Virus record (IMG/VR): IMGVR_UViG_3300030329_001933
Location: 1 to 63,953 of that record
Reading direction: 5' to 3' (one strand)
Origin: a virus
Taxonomy: Duplodnaviria > Caudoviricetes
DNA: 63,953 nt
Shown one piece after another: positions 35,900 through 46,147 of the stretch (within the stretch, counting starts at the first letter, position 1; each line of letters opens with the position of its first letter). The notes below the pieces were generated by a model, which did no database searches, had not been told where the DNA came from, and saw only the letters and a list, made by a program, of their open reading frames with translations. The position numbers and the translations under genes are program-made.

Positions 35900-38277
35900 G
35901 AAAACTATTTTACTTACTAGTATTTATTACTATTAACGCATTCCCTCAAGACAGTTTATTTGTAGATTGCAATGGGACACCATCTCCTGAAAATTGGGTG
36001 GGTGATGGATACTGCGATGACGGTTCTTATTCTTGGAATGGGAACCTTATTTTTTTTGATTGCGAAGAGTTTAATTATGATGGAGGCGACTGTGAAGCAC
36101 CTTTAGAGGAGGGTGTGTATGGTTGTACAGACCCCGAAGCAGTTAACTATAACCCTTTAGCAGAGATAGATAATGGTGGTTGTGCTAACGTAGCTTGCGA
36201 TGACGGAGAAGCTAAAATGCTTTTTGAAATCACATTAGACCAATACCCTAGTGAAACAGGGTGGATACTTACAGATATATCTAACGGTCAACCTATAGCT
36301 AGCGTGACAGCAGGCGAGTACTCTTACGAACAATCAAACACTACAATACCTTATCAGTTCTGTGTTCCTGAAACAGGTGTTGAACTTATATTAAGCGATA
36401 CATACGGTGACGGTATAGCTGGTTCGTTGTGGGGAGGAACAGATGGTAACTTTGTTATACTAGCTGATTTAGAGCCTTGTGGTAGTCCTGATGTTATTTG
36501 GGAACTTCCCGATCCTAATTTTGGAAGTGCCGCTTATTCTGGTCCTATATGGATAGAGCACTGTGATATACCTATCGTTTATGGATGCACAGATAATAGC
36601 TATTTAGAGTTTAATCCTTCTGCTCAAGTTGATGATGGTAGCTGTGAGAATCTACACACGCTAGGTTGTTTAAACTGGACATCATTTAATTATAATCCAG
36701 AGGCTACGTTAAACGAAATAATCCCTACTTGTGATTATACCTTGACAATAGGAGATGCTGCAGCTGATGGCTGGGGAGAATCCTATTTAGTTGTTACGCA
36801 AGAAGACAGTATTGTAGGAATATATACTATGGGTCCTGGGTATTACTACCAAGAGTTTAGTATACAGTTAGAAACAGATAAAGCTGTCAACGTATATTAT
36901 TTTGAAGTTGGAGGTTTACAGCAACCACAAGCAGAGGTTGAGTTTCAAACAATGCATAATTCTTTTGAATTAATAAATGCAGATGATATTATAACCTTAC
37001 AAGGTGGAGTCTTTCCCTTTTCAAACAATGGTAACGGTGCTTTACAACCATTTGAACCACCATTCTGGCACGTATACAGTGCTATGCCTTACTGTGGAGA
37101 CTATTGTATTCCATCAGTATATGGTTGTTTAATTGAAGAATCTTTGAATTATAACCCTGAAGCTAATACATCTGACGATAGCTGTATAGAAATTATAGAA
37201 GGTTGTACTTCACCTTTTGCGTTTAACTATGATGATATTGCTAATACTGATGACGGTAGTTGTGTAGCTGTAATAGTAGGTTGCATGGATAACCTAGCTT
37301 GGAACTACAACGTAGACGCAAATACAGCAGACGAGTCTTGCTTATACTTTGGTTGTACTGACGAGCTAGCTCTTAACTACGATAGTACCGCTAATGTAAA
37401 TAACGATAACTGTATATATCCTATTCCAGGGTGTACAGATCCTTTTGCTTTTAATTTTGAGGTAGATGCTAACGTTAATGACGGTAGTTGCATCCCCGTT
37501 GTAATAGGATGCATGGACCCATCAATGTATAACTATAATGAACAAGCAAATACAGAAAGCGATAACTGTATTCCTTTTATATTTGGCTGTACTGATCCAA
37601 CTGCATTTAACTACGACCCCGTAGCCAATACAGATAACGAATCATGTATCCCAGTAACACCTGGTTGCACTGATCCAAACGCTTTTAATTATAACGCAGA
37701 AGCTAACACAGAAGACTTTTCTTGTATTGACATAGTTTATGGATGTACAGATTCAACTTCTTTTAATTACGACCCTTTAGCTAACACAGATAACGAAAGC
37801 TGTATAGATGTTTTAGAAGGTTGCATGGATCCTTTGGCGTTTAATTATGACGCTATATATAATACAGATGATGGAAGTTGTTTATATGATGCGGGGTGTG
37901 TAGGAGATCCTGGAGATCCTTTCTGGTTAAACGACACGTGTTATGCCTGGGTAATAATGGTGGATCCTTATTGCTGTAATAACGAGTGGGATATTAAATG
38001 TCAAGAGTTATACTGGAGCTGTTCAGAGGATAGCGATCTCAATACGGAGGAGTTATTAGAGAATAACGCTATAATTATATACCCTAACCCTACAGAGAAT
38101 ATCTTAAATATCTCTAGTAGAGAAAACGTAAAGGTTAACTTGTTTGACCTTTTAGGGAACTTAATTTTATCTACAACAGAGAGCAAAATAAATATATCTC
38201 AACTATCTAATGGAACATATATATTAAATATAGAGTACAGAGGTGAGGTTATTAATAAGAAAATAATCAAGCAATGA
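35896..38277 (+). CDS. Secreted Cys-repeat protein with T9SS type A C-terminal sorting domain
   Basis: Signal peptide MRKLFYLLVFITINA from ATG 35896; LNR-like WVGDGYCDD...YDGGDC; 13 GCxD...C repeats; IYPNP...FDLLG...LSNGTYILNI...KKIIKQ. Confidence 0.88.
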   Translation: MRKLFYLLVFITINAFPQDSLFVDCNGTPSPENWVGDGYCDDGSYSWNGNLIFFDCEEFNYDGGDCEAPLEEGVYGCTDPEAVNYNPLAEIDNGGCANVACDDGEAKMLFEITLDQYPSETGWILTDISNGQPIASVTAGEYSYEQSNTTIPYQFCVPETGVELILSDTYGDGIAGSLWGGTDGNFVILADLEPCGSPDVIWELPDPNFGSAAYSGPIWIEHCDIPIVYGCTDNSYLEFNPSAQVDDGSCENLHTLGCLNWTSFNYNPEATLNEIIPTCDYTLTIGDAAADGWGESYLVVTQEDSIVGIYTMGPGYYYQEFSIQLETDKAVNVYYFEVGGLQQPQAEVEFQTMHNSFELINADDIITLQGGVFPFSNNGNGALQPFEPPFWHVYSAMPYCGDYCIPSVYGCLIEESLNYNPEANTSDDSCIEIIEGCTSPFAFNYDDIANTDDGSCVAVIVGCMDNLAWNYNVDANTADESCLYFGCTDELALNYDSTANVNNDNCIYPIPGCTDPFAFNFEVDANVNDGSCIPVVIGCMDPSMYNYNEQANTESDNCIPFIFGCTDPTAFNYDPVANTDNESCIPVTPGCTDPNAFNYNAEANTEDFSCIDIVYGCTDSTSFNYDPLANTDNESCIDVLEGCMDPLAFNYDAIYNTDDGSCLYDAGCVGDPGDPFWLNDTCYAWVIMVDPYCCNNEWDIKCQELYWSCSEDSDLNTEELLENNAIIIYPNPTENILNISSRENVKVNLFDLLGNLILSTTESKINISQLSNGTYILNIEYRGEVINKKIIKQ
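37123..37881 (+). repeat. Ten tandem ~75-78-nt coding repeats (GCTDPxAFNYxxxANTDxxSC)
   Basis: Visible in protein and DNA. Confidence 0.9.
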
Positions 38278-39308
38278 AAAGGATACTATTAATATTATTG
38301 CTAATTCCTTTTTTAGGAAACGCACAAGGCGTTAAAAGTATATTTAAGTACTCTACATTTTACGCAGCAGTAAATGGTGGTACATCCTTATCTGACGATC
38401 AGGTTTGGTCTGTAACGTCAGGTACTTTAGATGAAGAAGTTATAGAGACACCGTTTGATTATACTTTCTCTCTAGGTATTAGAAAGATAAAAAGATTTGG
38501 ATACGAGAATAGAGCGAATACATTCTACAACGGTACTGAGAACTCGTACTCAGACGCAGCAACATTAGGTCGGTTGGACGGCTTTGAATATTTATTTGAG
38601 GCTGACTTCGTGAGACGGTTGGGCGTTAACTATGTAAACCAAAATCACTTTATAAGATATGTTGCAGATAGCTGGGTAGCTAAGGTAGCATACCTTGAGG
38701 ATGGATTCGCTGATATTAAATACTTTGAAGCGTCACAAAGATATAGGTTAAAAGTAAGGGATGGCAAGTTATCTTTAAACTGGGGGGCCGTTCAAAGGCT
38801 TGCCGAACCTTACGGATTTAATCCTTTAGAGGATTGGGTTCTAGATAACGGAACCCTGCATTATACTTATTTAGCCCTTCAAGAAGGGTATTCTATATCC
38901 TTAGATGGTGAGTATTTCTCTCCAGAAGGAGACCTCGTAGCAAACAGTCAAGCTGTATGGGAGGAGGTTGTTATACCACAAGTTATAAATAATTATGTAG
39001 AAAAACAAAGAAATGCTTTATCAAACATTGTAGAGTATTCTTTTGTAATGGGATTAGACTATTATCATTTTACAAAAGATTTCTGGTTTCACACTTGGGG
39101 AAATGTTATGCCGTACCATATAGACACTGATAATTTATACTCTTACCATAAGTTTAATAATGGTCAATGGATGGATTATTCTGTTGGTTTAATTTATGGT
39201 TACAGATTTAATAAAAGTTTTGGTATATTTGTGGAGGGTAAGTACAATAAGTACTGGAATAGAAAGTGGCACAACTTTAGTGTTGGTCTTAATTACGTAA
39301 TATTTTAA
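38274..39308 (+). CDS. Putative outer-membrane beta-barrel protein
   Basis: Signal peptide, aromatic alternating strands, C-terminal beta-signal VGLNYVIF. Confidence 0.75.
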   Translation: MKRILLILLLIPFLGNAQGVKSIFKYSTFYAAVNGGTSLSDDQVWSVTSGTLDEEVIETPFDYTFSLGIRKIKRFGYENRANTFYNGTENSYSDAATLGRLDGFEYLFEADFVRRLGVNYVNQNHFIRYVADSWVAKVAYLEDGFADIKYFEASQRYRLKVRDGKLSLNWGAVQRLAEPYGFNPLEDWVLDNGTLHYTYLALQEGYSISLDGEYFSPEGDLVANSQAVWEEVVIPQVINNYVEKQRNALSNIVEYSFVMGLDYYHFTKDFWFHTWGNVMPYHIDTDNLYSYHKFNNGQWMDYSVGLIYGYRFNKSFGIFVEGKYNKYWNRKWHNFSVGLNYVIF

Positions 39309-39310
39309 AG

Positions 39311-39595
39311 ATGGCAAAAGAATTAAATGAAGATACTACTCTAAAGCTAAGTATAAAAACCCTAGCTGGTATAGCTGTATTAATATTTACTTTAGTTGGT
39401 ATGTGGTTTACTCTACAGGCAGATATAACAGAGGCAAAGGAGTTACCAATGCCTCCAGATCCAGAGATTACTCGAATGGAGTATGATATGAAAGATCAAT
39501 TGATTCGTCAAACTATTATGACTACTCAAGATGATGTTAAAGAAATAAAAACACAAATGCTGAGGATGGAGGATAAGATTGATCAACTAAAATAA
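39311..39595 (+). CDS. Single-TM protein with C-terminal coiled coil
   Basis: TLAGIAVLIFTLVGMWF then Pro-rich linker and heptads. Confidence 0.65.
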   Translation: MAKELNEDTTLKLSIKTLAGIAVLIFTLVGMWFTLQADITEAKELPMPPDPEITRMEYDMKDQLIRQTIMTTQDDVKEIKTQMLRMEDKIDQLK

Positions 39596-39599
39596 TCTT

Positions 39600-39935
39600 A
39601 TGAAAAAGTTATTATTCTTACTTCTTATCTCTACTACCGCTATATCTCAAGATTTTCCAGATGGATTAGTCGTTGTAGAGTTTAACGCTAGCTTTAATAA
39701 GTCCAACGAAGTAGAGTGGTTATCTAAGCTTACAGATTGTGAAACGCAAAGAATAGATATAACTGCAGACGCAAGGTGGTCAAAAGAATATAAGATTGTA
39801 GTTGTACCTACACTAGTTGTTTTTAATAACAACGAAGAATCAAAAAGATTTCAAGCAAACATTATGATGACTATGGAGGCTACCAGGAAAGAGGTCCAAG
39901 AGTCTCTTGATGAAATAATAATGGAAGCTTTTTAA
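39600..39935 (+). CDS. Exported thioredoxin-fold protein lacking CxxC
   Basis: Signal peptide; VVEFNASF...YKIVVVPTLVVF. Confidence 0.65.
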   Translation: MKKLLFLLLISTTAISQDFPDGLVVVEFNASFNKSNEVEWLSKLTDCETQRIDITADARWSKEYKIVVVPTLVVFNNNEESKRFQANIMMTMEATRKEVQESLDEIIMEAF

Positions 39936-39973
39936 ATTAAGTAAATCAAGTTAAATCTAAATAAATTAAAGTC

Positions 39974-40498
39974 ATGAAAAAAGAAAGTTTAAGTAAAGTA
40001 CAGGTAATTGTTTTATGTTTGGCAGTTGTATTTTTATTCATTGTTAGTATAAGTAAGGCTAACGCACAAACAACCTCTACATTTATAAAATGTTTAGACG
40101 GCAACGATCCTGAAGAGGTTTCGTGGAAAATCGCAAAATGTAGTGGGGAAGTATTAGTTGAAGGCGGAGCTTCATTTATGGCGAGTATGAGTTTACCTGA
40201 AAATTATCGGGTAGTAATGGAAGATAGTTATGGAGACGGATGGAGTGATAGTTTTTTATTTATAGGTGATGAGGTCTATGACTTTTACCCTAAGAAAGGT
40301 TTAGTTAAAAACAATAAATATAAAGAGGTAAATGTAGGTTGCTCTAATTCAGATCTTAAAAAGCCTATCTATTACTTGGAAGATTTGAGTTTTAACCCTA
40401 CAATGTTTTATAATCAGTTAGGGAATAGAGTATACAGTAAACCAGATACAGGGTGGTATGTAGCATCTGACGGTATTATAACAAAATTAATAGATTAA
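39974..40498 (+). CDS. Exported protein with DSYGDGW motif
   Basis: Signal/TM N-terminus; MEDSYGDGW shared with domains of the T9SS cargo; CTD-like FYNQLGNRV end. Confidence 0.6.
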   Translation: MKKESLSKVQVIVLCLAVVFLFIVSISKANAQTTSTFIKCLDGNDPEEVSWKIAKCSGEVLVEGGASFMASMSLPENYRVVMEDSYGDGWSDSFLFIGDEVYDFYPKKGLVKNNKYKEVNVGCSNSDLKKPIYYLEDLSFNPTMFYNQLGNRVYSKPDTGWYVASDGIITKLID

Positions 40499-40499
40499 A

Positions 40500-40967
40500 A
40501 TGAGATTAAGTAAGAATTTTGTATTATCAGAAATAACTCGAAGTAATACAGCGAAAAGATTAGGTATAAGTAATGAGCCAACAAAGAAACATTTGGAGAG
40601 CATGCAAAGGCTTATATCTAATCTTATACAACCTATGCGTAACGAGCTTGGCCCTATTCGGATCACTAGTGGTTATCGCAGCCCGCAACTTAATCGTTCA
40701 ATTGGTGGGAGTAATAAAAGCCAACATTGTAAAGGTGAAGCTTTAGACCTCCAGTTTTGGAAGGATGGCCAGATGTGTAATAAAGAAATTTATTACTGGA
40801 TTTTAAAGTCTGGCTTAGAGTTCGATCAAATGATTAACGAGTTTGATTTTTCTTGGATACACGTATCCCTTAAGGAAAATGAGAATAGAAAAGACGTTTT
40901 AGAAGCTTATAAGGATGAAGATGGAGATACTAAGTATAGGTTTGCTCCAGATATAGCTACAATATAG
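40500..40967 (+). CDS. Endolysin, peptidase M15 family
   Basis: LSKNF, ITSGYRS, SQHCKGEALD, WIHVS. Confidence 0.9.
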   Translation: MRLSKNFVLSEITRSNTAKRLGISNEPTKKHLESMQRLISNLIQPMRNELGPIRITSGYRSPQLNRSIGGSNKSQHCKGEALDLQFWKDGQMCNKEIYYWILKSGLEFDQMINEFDFSWIHVSLKENENRKDVLEAYKDEDGDTKYRFAPDIATI

Positions 40968-41353
40968 TGAGTAAGTTATTAGACATATTAGGTGGTGGAG
41001 TTGTAAAACAAGTCGGAGATGTTTTAGATAGTCTAACAACATCTAAGGATGAAAAGATGGCCGCTAAAAGAGCTATGGAAGAAATCCTAATGAAGGCAGA
41101 AAGCCAAGCTCAAGAGCAAGTTACAAGACGTTGGGAGGCTGATATGAAGTCAGATAACTGGCTTAGTAAAAACATTAGACCTCTAATATGTATATTTTTA
41201 ACTGCAATTTTTGTAGTTTTGTCAGTATTTGACGGGAATGTAGGAGGTTTTGTGATTCAAGAGAGTTATATTCCTATTTATCAAACGTTATTAATAACAG
41301 TATATGGGGCTTACTTCGCAGGTAGGTCTATAGAGAAAATAAAGAAAAAGTAA
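40967..41353 (+). CDS. Holin (3TM, GTA-holin-like)
   Basis: RWEADMKSDNWLSKNIRP...YFAGRSIEK; follows endolysin. Confidence 0.8.
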   Translation: MSKLLDILGGGVVKQVGDVLDSLTTSKDEKMAAKRAMEEILMKAESQAQEQVTRRWEADMKSDNWLSKNIRPLICIFLTAIFVVLSVFDGNVGGFVIQESYIPIYQTLLITVYGAYFAGRSIEKIKKK

Positions 41354-41354
41354 A

Positions 41355-42911
41355 ATGGGTTCATTAAAAGGTAAATCTATATCGAAGACATATCAAAATA
41401 TACTTCAAACAAGTTCTGAAGTATTAGATTCAAATCTTAAAGGTGTTGAAACAGGTAAGGGTGGTTCTACTGCTATGAATCTTTCAACAGATAGAGCTGA
41501 GTTTTTAAAAGTAGGTATTGGTACAGGTGGTACTCAACCTGATGGTTTACTTCACGTAATGTCAGTTAGTGCTGGATCTGTAACCGCTAGTTCTTTTGCT
41601 AATCAGTTGATATTAGAAAACTCTGGAGACTCAGGTTTATCTATACTGTCGGGATCTTCAGCTTCAGGTAATATTTACTTTGGAGATGCAAGTGATAACG
41701 ATGTTGGTAGAATATTTTATGATCACGCTAACGACTCTATGAGCTTTGCAACCTCAGGGTCAGAGGTTATGAAATTAGATAAAGGGGGTAACCTTAACAT
41801 TAGTGGTACTCTGTCTCAGTCTGATGATAGATTTGAGCTTATAGAAATGTTTGAAAAGCTTCCTAGTTTAGGGGCAACAGATGCTGTTATAACTCAATCA
41901 TCTAGTGCTACAACAGCTGTAACTTTAAACTCTAAGTATGGTATTATTACTATGCAAGCTGTAGATTTAGCTGCAACAGACACTGTAGAGTTTACCTTCA
42001 ATAATGATTTTATATACGGAACAACATCTCAAGTTTTAGTTAACTTACAGGACGGGGGGACTATAGCTGATAACGCTATGATAAATATCCTTGTTCATGA
42101 TGTTGCTGATGGATCTTGCAAGATACGTCTTGGTACTAATGGTACTGACGTTGCTTCTCAAACTTTTAAGTTATTTTTTATAATAGATCCATATATAACC
42201 CCTAATCAAAACTTTGTTTTAGGTGGTACTGATACTGGAGGGGTTCAGGCATCTGATAATACTGGTAGACACACGTCTTTTGCTGGAATAAAACTAGTTA
42301 CAGGAGCCACAGATAATGATAAGACTATACTAACCCCAAGAGATGCTACTACTGAAATGCCAGGAGGGTATGACTCTTCAGCTTGGGCTTCTGTAGGGTT
42401 CGGGACAGAAAATAAAATAGAATTTTCTGCAGCTGTATCTACGGCAGCTTCAATAGCTGATGCTTCAATATGGGCTGGGGTAAAGTTAACTGAGACTGGG
42501 ACCTATATTACAGATGCAAATCAGGCTTACTTTTTGTACGCCTCAAACGATGATCTAGGAACTATAACTACAAACGCTAACCTACATTTTGTTTATAGTG
42601 TTGGGGGAGCGGATTACATAACAGATTTAGGTATAGCGGTTGCTGTTAATACAGTATATAGATTACGTATTGTTTTTGACGAGAATAGAAAGATTAGTGT
42701 TTTTGTAAACAACGTTCAGTATGGTTTAAATAATACGGTTATTAATGCAACAACTCCTGGGGGTGTAACTCAGGCTGTTAGAACAGAGAAGTCATTAGCT
42801 ATGACGGATGATATAGACCTGTTACCTTTTATAGGTGTCCAGACACACACAACAGCAACTAAAGGTATACAGATTGGATATGTTAAAATGTCAAGAGATT
42901 TATACGAGTAG
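41355..42911 (+). CDS. Putative tail fibre protein
   Basis: KVGIGT...LLHV, GNIYFGD...GRIFYDH fibre repeat; lectin-like C-terminus. Confidence 0.65.
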   Translation: MGSLKGKSISKTYQNILQTSSEVLDSNLKGVETGKGGSTAMNLSTDRAEFLKVGIGTGGTQPDGLLHVMSVSAGSVTASSFANQLILENSGDSGLSILSGSSASGNIYFGDASDNDVGRIFYDHANDSMSFATSGSEVMKLDKGGNLNISGTLSQSDDRFELIEMFEKLPSLGATDAVITQSSSATTAVTLNSKYGIITMQAVDLAATDTVEFTFNNDFIYGTTSQVLVNLQDGGTIADNAMINILVHDVADGSCKIRLGTNGTDVASQTFKLFFIIDPYITPNQNFVLGGTDTGGVQASDNTGRHTSFAGIKLVTGATDNDKTILTPRDATTEMPGGYDSSAWASVGFGTENKIEFSAAVSTAASIADASIWAGVKLTETGTYITDANQAYFLYASNDDLGTITTNANLHFVYSVGGADYITDLGIAVAVNTVYRLRIVFDENRKISVFVNNVQYGLNNTVINATTPGGVTQAVRTEKSLAMTDDIDLLPFIGVQTHTTATKGIQIGYVKMSRDLYE

Positions 42912-42928
42912 AAATTAAATTAAACTAA

Positions 42929-43207
42929 ATGGAAGCAATAAACCCTATTATAAGAAAGATAACAATAGGGGACTTAAAACAAGGTTTAACCTACCAGGTG
43001 GGTCAAACAATGTTGGGTGGTTCTCTAAAGGTTACAGCCATCATTCAAGATGAGGCAGCATGGTATAAGCATCAACAGGTAGTTTACGATGTATACGTAA
43101 AAAAAGAAACGGAAGAGTTTTCAAGACCTTGGAAAAGGTTTTTCTCTCAACCAACAGCTATAGAGTATAACACTTCGGTACTGGAAGAAGAGTACGAGGT
43201 TAAGTAA
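42929..43207 (+). CDS. Hypothetical protein
   Basis: 92 aa, IIRKITIG...YQVGQ. Confidence 0.7.
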   Translation: MEAINPIIRKITIGDLKQGLTYQVGQTMLGGSLKVTAIIQDEAAWYKHQQVVYDVYVKKETEEFSRPWKRFFSQPTAIEYNTSVLEEEYEVK

Positions 43208-43232
43208 AGGGTAAACGTAAATACAATCAAAG

Positions 43233-43802
43233 ATGAAGCCAATTAAAGATGTCTACTGGATAGAGGTAGAAAAAGAAACAGAAGATACTATAATGTTAAA
43301 CGGAAAAGAGTTGTATAGAGATACCTCTTATGACCCTATGAAGTTAGCGAGACAATATGGTACGGTGTATAAGACACCAATGCAAGACACTAAAGAGACG
43401 GGAATACAGGAGGGTGATAAGGTTTGGTTTCACCATTTTATAGCTACCGATACAAACCTTGTAAAACATGCTGATAAAGATAATATATATCAAGCCTTTG
43501 CAGAGCAGGTATATCTTATTAAGAGAGATGAAGAGTATATTCCTGTAGGGGTTTGGAACTTTATGGAGCAGGAGATGAAAGATCCAGAGCAGTCTGAATC
43601 TGGAATATTTTTAGAAACTTCAGCCTCTGAAGTAGAGCTTCATGGAAAGGCAGTTATTCTAAATGACTGGATGAAAGATCAAGGAGTTAGTGAGGGAGAT
43701 AGGGTAATGTGGAGTGAGAACTCTGAGTACGATATGGATATAGATGGAAAGAAACTTCTTCGTATGCGTAACTTTGATGTTTTAGCTGTCTATGAAGGGT
43801 AA
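43233..43802 (+). CDS. GroES-like co-chaperonin with two tandem GroES-like halves
   Basis: MKPIKD...G.V...IQEGDKVWF and IPVG...SESGIFL...VSEGDRVMW...IDGKKLLRMRNFDVLAV. Confidence 0.75.
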   Translation: MKPIKDVYWIEVEKETEDTIMLNGKELYRDTSYDPMKLARQYGTVYKTPMQDTKETGIQEGDKVWFHHFIATDTNLVKHADKDNIYQAFAEQVYLIKRDEEYIPVGVWNFMEQEMKDPEQSESGIFLETSASEVELHGKAVILNDWMKDQGVSEGDRVMWSENSEYDMDIDGKKLLRMRNFDVLAVYEG

Positions 43803-44079
43803 TAATAAAAATTATGCTTTAGAGACTTTAGAGAAGTTAATAGAAGCAAGTAAAGGGGCTGTAGATCTTCTTATAGAAGAGATAGGTAAACCTTTAATAG
43901 AAGAAGATGACGCTAAAAGAAGACAAGCTATAAAAGCAAAAAGAGAATGCTTTGAGGACTGTCAAGAAATTCTTTTAGGAATAAAAAACCTTGAGGATAG
44001 AATCAAGGAAGGAGAATCCTTAATAGAAGAGAAAAAAGATTTTAAAGGATCTTTTGCTGAACGGTATGCAAAAAAGTGA
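43792..44079 (+). CDS. Putative terminase small subunit
   Basis: Helical 95-aa protein directly upstream of terL. Confidence 0.45.
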   Translation: MKGNNKNYALETLEKLIEASKGAVDLLIEEIGKPLIEEDDAKRRQAIKAKRECFEDCQEILLGIKNLEDRIKEGESLIEEKKDFKGSFAERYAKK

Positions 44080-46147
44080 TAAGATATATCTTACCGAAGG
44101 TAGTGAGGGAGAGGTCTTAGAGTTTGATAACTTAAAGATAGTTCTACCTAAAAAACCTAGATATAAGAAGGATATATTATATCACAACCTACCTAAGAAA
44201 CAACAAAGGTGGACTAGAGAGGATATACCAAAGGGGTTAACTAGAGAGAATGCTACAGATTATGTAGACTATATAGAAGAGGAATTTAGACGTAGAGAGG
44301 AAGGTTTGTGGTTTTACAACAACGGAGTCCCTACGTATATTACTGGATCTCATTATATGTTTATCCAGTGGAGTAAAATAGACGTTGGTTTTCCTGATTA
44401 CAGGGATGCCAACAGAACGTTCTTTATTTTTTGGGAAGCGTGTAAAAACGACAAGAACTCTTACGGGATGTGTTTCCTTAAGAACAGACGTAGTGGTTTT
44501 TCATATATGGCTAGTAGTGAGATAGTTAACTTAGCTACTCAGGTTTACGATAGTAATTTTGGATTATTATCTAAAACAGGAGCTGATGCTAAGACTATGT
44601 TTACTGACAAGGTAGTCCGTATATACAGAAACTACCCGTTCTTTTTTCAACCTATACAAGACGGTTCTAGTAATCCTCGTGTAGAGCTCGCATTTAGGGA
44701 GCCTGCTAAAAAGATTACAAAGAATCAGAAACATATAGAAAAGTCTGAGGCTTTAAACTCTATAATAGATTGGAAGAATACTGCTGATAATAGTTATGAT
44801 GGAATGAAGCTTAAACTTCTAGTTCATGATGAAGCTGGTAAGTGGACAGGTCAAAACTCTATTAAGAAGAATTGGGGTGTAACCCAAACCTGTTTACTAC
44901 TAGGTAGAAAGGTTGTAGGTAAGTGTATGATGGGATCTACTGCTAACAAGCAGCAGGATGGTGGTGCAGAGTTTAAAGATATATTCTACGATTCTGATAT
45001 GGGAGAGAAAGATCTTAACGGTAGGACTAAAAGTGGTTTATATAAATTATTTATTCCTGCTTACGATAATCTAGAGGGCTTTATTGATGAGTATGGTTAT
45101 AGTGTTATAGATACTCCAGATAAGCCAGTAATGGGTATTGATGAAATGGTTATTGATACTGGAGCTAGAGATTATATTCAGAATAGAAGAGAGGCTTTAA
45201 AGAACGATACAACAGCGTTATCAGAGTTTAAGCGTCAGTTTCCATTTACTGTAGAAGAGGCTTTTAGAAATGACACACAAAGTTGTATATTTGATGTCGA
45301 AAGAATCTATCAACAGATGGATTACAACGAGGTTAATAGCACTCCTACAACAAGGGGTGAGTTTGTTTGGAAGAATGGCGTACAGGATAGCGAGGTTATG
45401 TGGATACCTCACAGAAAGGGTAAGTGGGAGATTACTTGGGTTCCAGAGGCTCAAAACCAAAATATTGTTTCCTCTAGGTATAATAAAAAATTTCCTGGAA
45501 GGTCAAACGATTTGGTTGCAGGTTGTGACCCTTATGATCATGACACCACTACTGATGGTAGGAGATCTGATGCTGCTGCTCATGTTTTTCATAAGTTTAG
45601 TATGTCAAGTGATGCGTCTATGCAGTTTGTATGTGAGTACATTAATAGACCACCTAAGGCAGAAATATTTTACGAAGACATGATTAAGATGTGTGTGTTC
45701 TATGGTTGTCAGATATTAGTGGAGAATAATAAGGTCGGGATACTAAAGTACTTTGAAAATAGAGGATACTACGAGTACCTTATGGATAGACCAGACATGA
45801 CTCACACAGAGTGGAGTAGAGGAAAGCAAAAGACTAAGGGTATACCTGGATCAGGTGCTGCAGTAATTAATGCTCAAGCAGAGGCTATAGCTACTTATAT
45901 ATATGACCATGTCGGTTATAACGCAGATACAGGAGAGATAGGAAGATGTTTTTTTAACACGCTACTAGATGATTGGAGCAGATTTGAGATAGATAATAGA
46001 ACAAAGTACGATGCTAGTATATCGTCATCATTGGCTTTACTAGCGTCACAAAAGTATATAAAACCAAAAAAAGAATTAAAGGTATCATCCCCTTTAGTTA
46101 AAAGATATAGTAATAAGGGAATGTTTAGCAAACAGATAAAGACATGA
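44066..46147 (+). CDS. terL: Terminase large subunit
   Basis: KNRRSGFS Walker A, LLVHDEAGK Walker B, GST, GCDPYD and ENNK nuclease motifs. Confidence 0.93.
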   Translation: MQKSDKIYLTEGSEGEVLEFDNLKIVLPKKPRYKKDILYHNLPKKQQRWTREDIPKGLTRENATDYVDYIEEEFRRREEGLWFYNNGVPTYITGSHYMFIQWSKIDVGFPDYRDANRTFFIFWEACKNDKNSYGMCFLKNRRSGFSYMASSEIVNLATQVYDSNFGLLSKTGADAKTMFTDKVVRIYRNYPFFFQPIQDGSSNPRVELAFREPAKKITKNQKHIEKSEALNSIIDWKNTADNSYDGMKLKLLVHDEAGKWTGQNSIKKNWGVTQTCLLLGRKVVGKCMMGSTANKQQDGGAEFKDIFYDSDMGEKDLNGRTKSGLYKLFIPAYDNLEGFIDEYGYSVIDTPDKPVMGIDEMVIDTGARDYIQNRREALKNDTTALSEFKRQFPFTVEEAFRNDTQSCIFDVERIYQQMDYNEVNSTPTTRGEFVWKNGVQDSEVMWIPHRKGKWEITWVPEAQNQNIVSSRYNKKFPGRSNDLVAGCDPYDHDTTTDGRRSDAAAHVFHKFSMSSDASMQFVCEYINRPPKAEIFYEDMIKMCVFYGCQILVENNKVGILKYFENRGYYEYLMDRPDMTHTEWSRGKQKTKGIPGSGAAVINAQAEAIATYIYDHVGYNADTGEIGRCFFNTLLDDWSRFEIDNRTKYDASISSSLALLASQKYIKPKKELKVSSPLVKRYSNKGMFSKQIKT

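Noticed and set aside
37123-37881. CRISPR array or DGR template/variable repeats
   Set aside because: Repeats are degenerate, in-frame and protein-coding; no cas or reverse transcriptase gene in the genome
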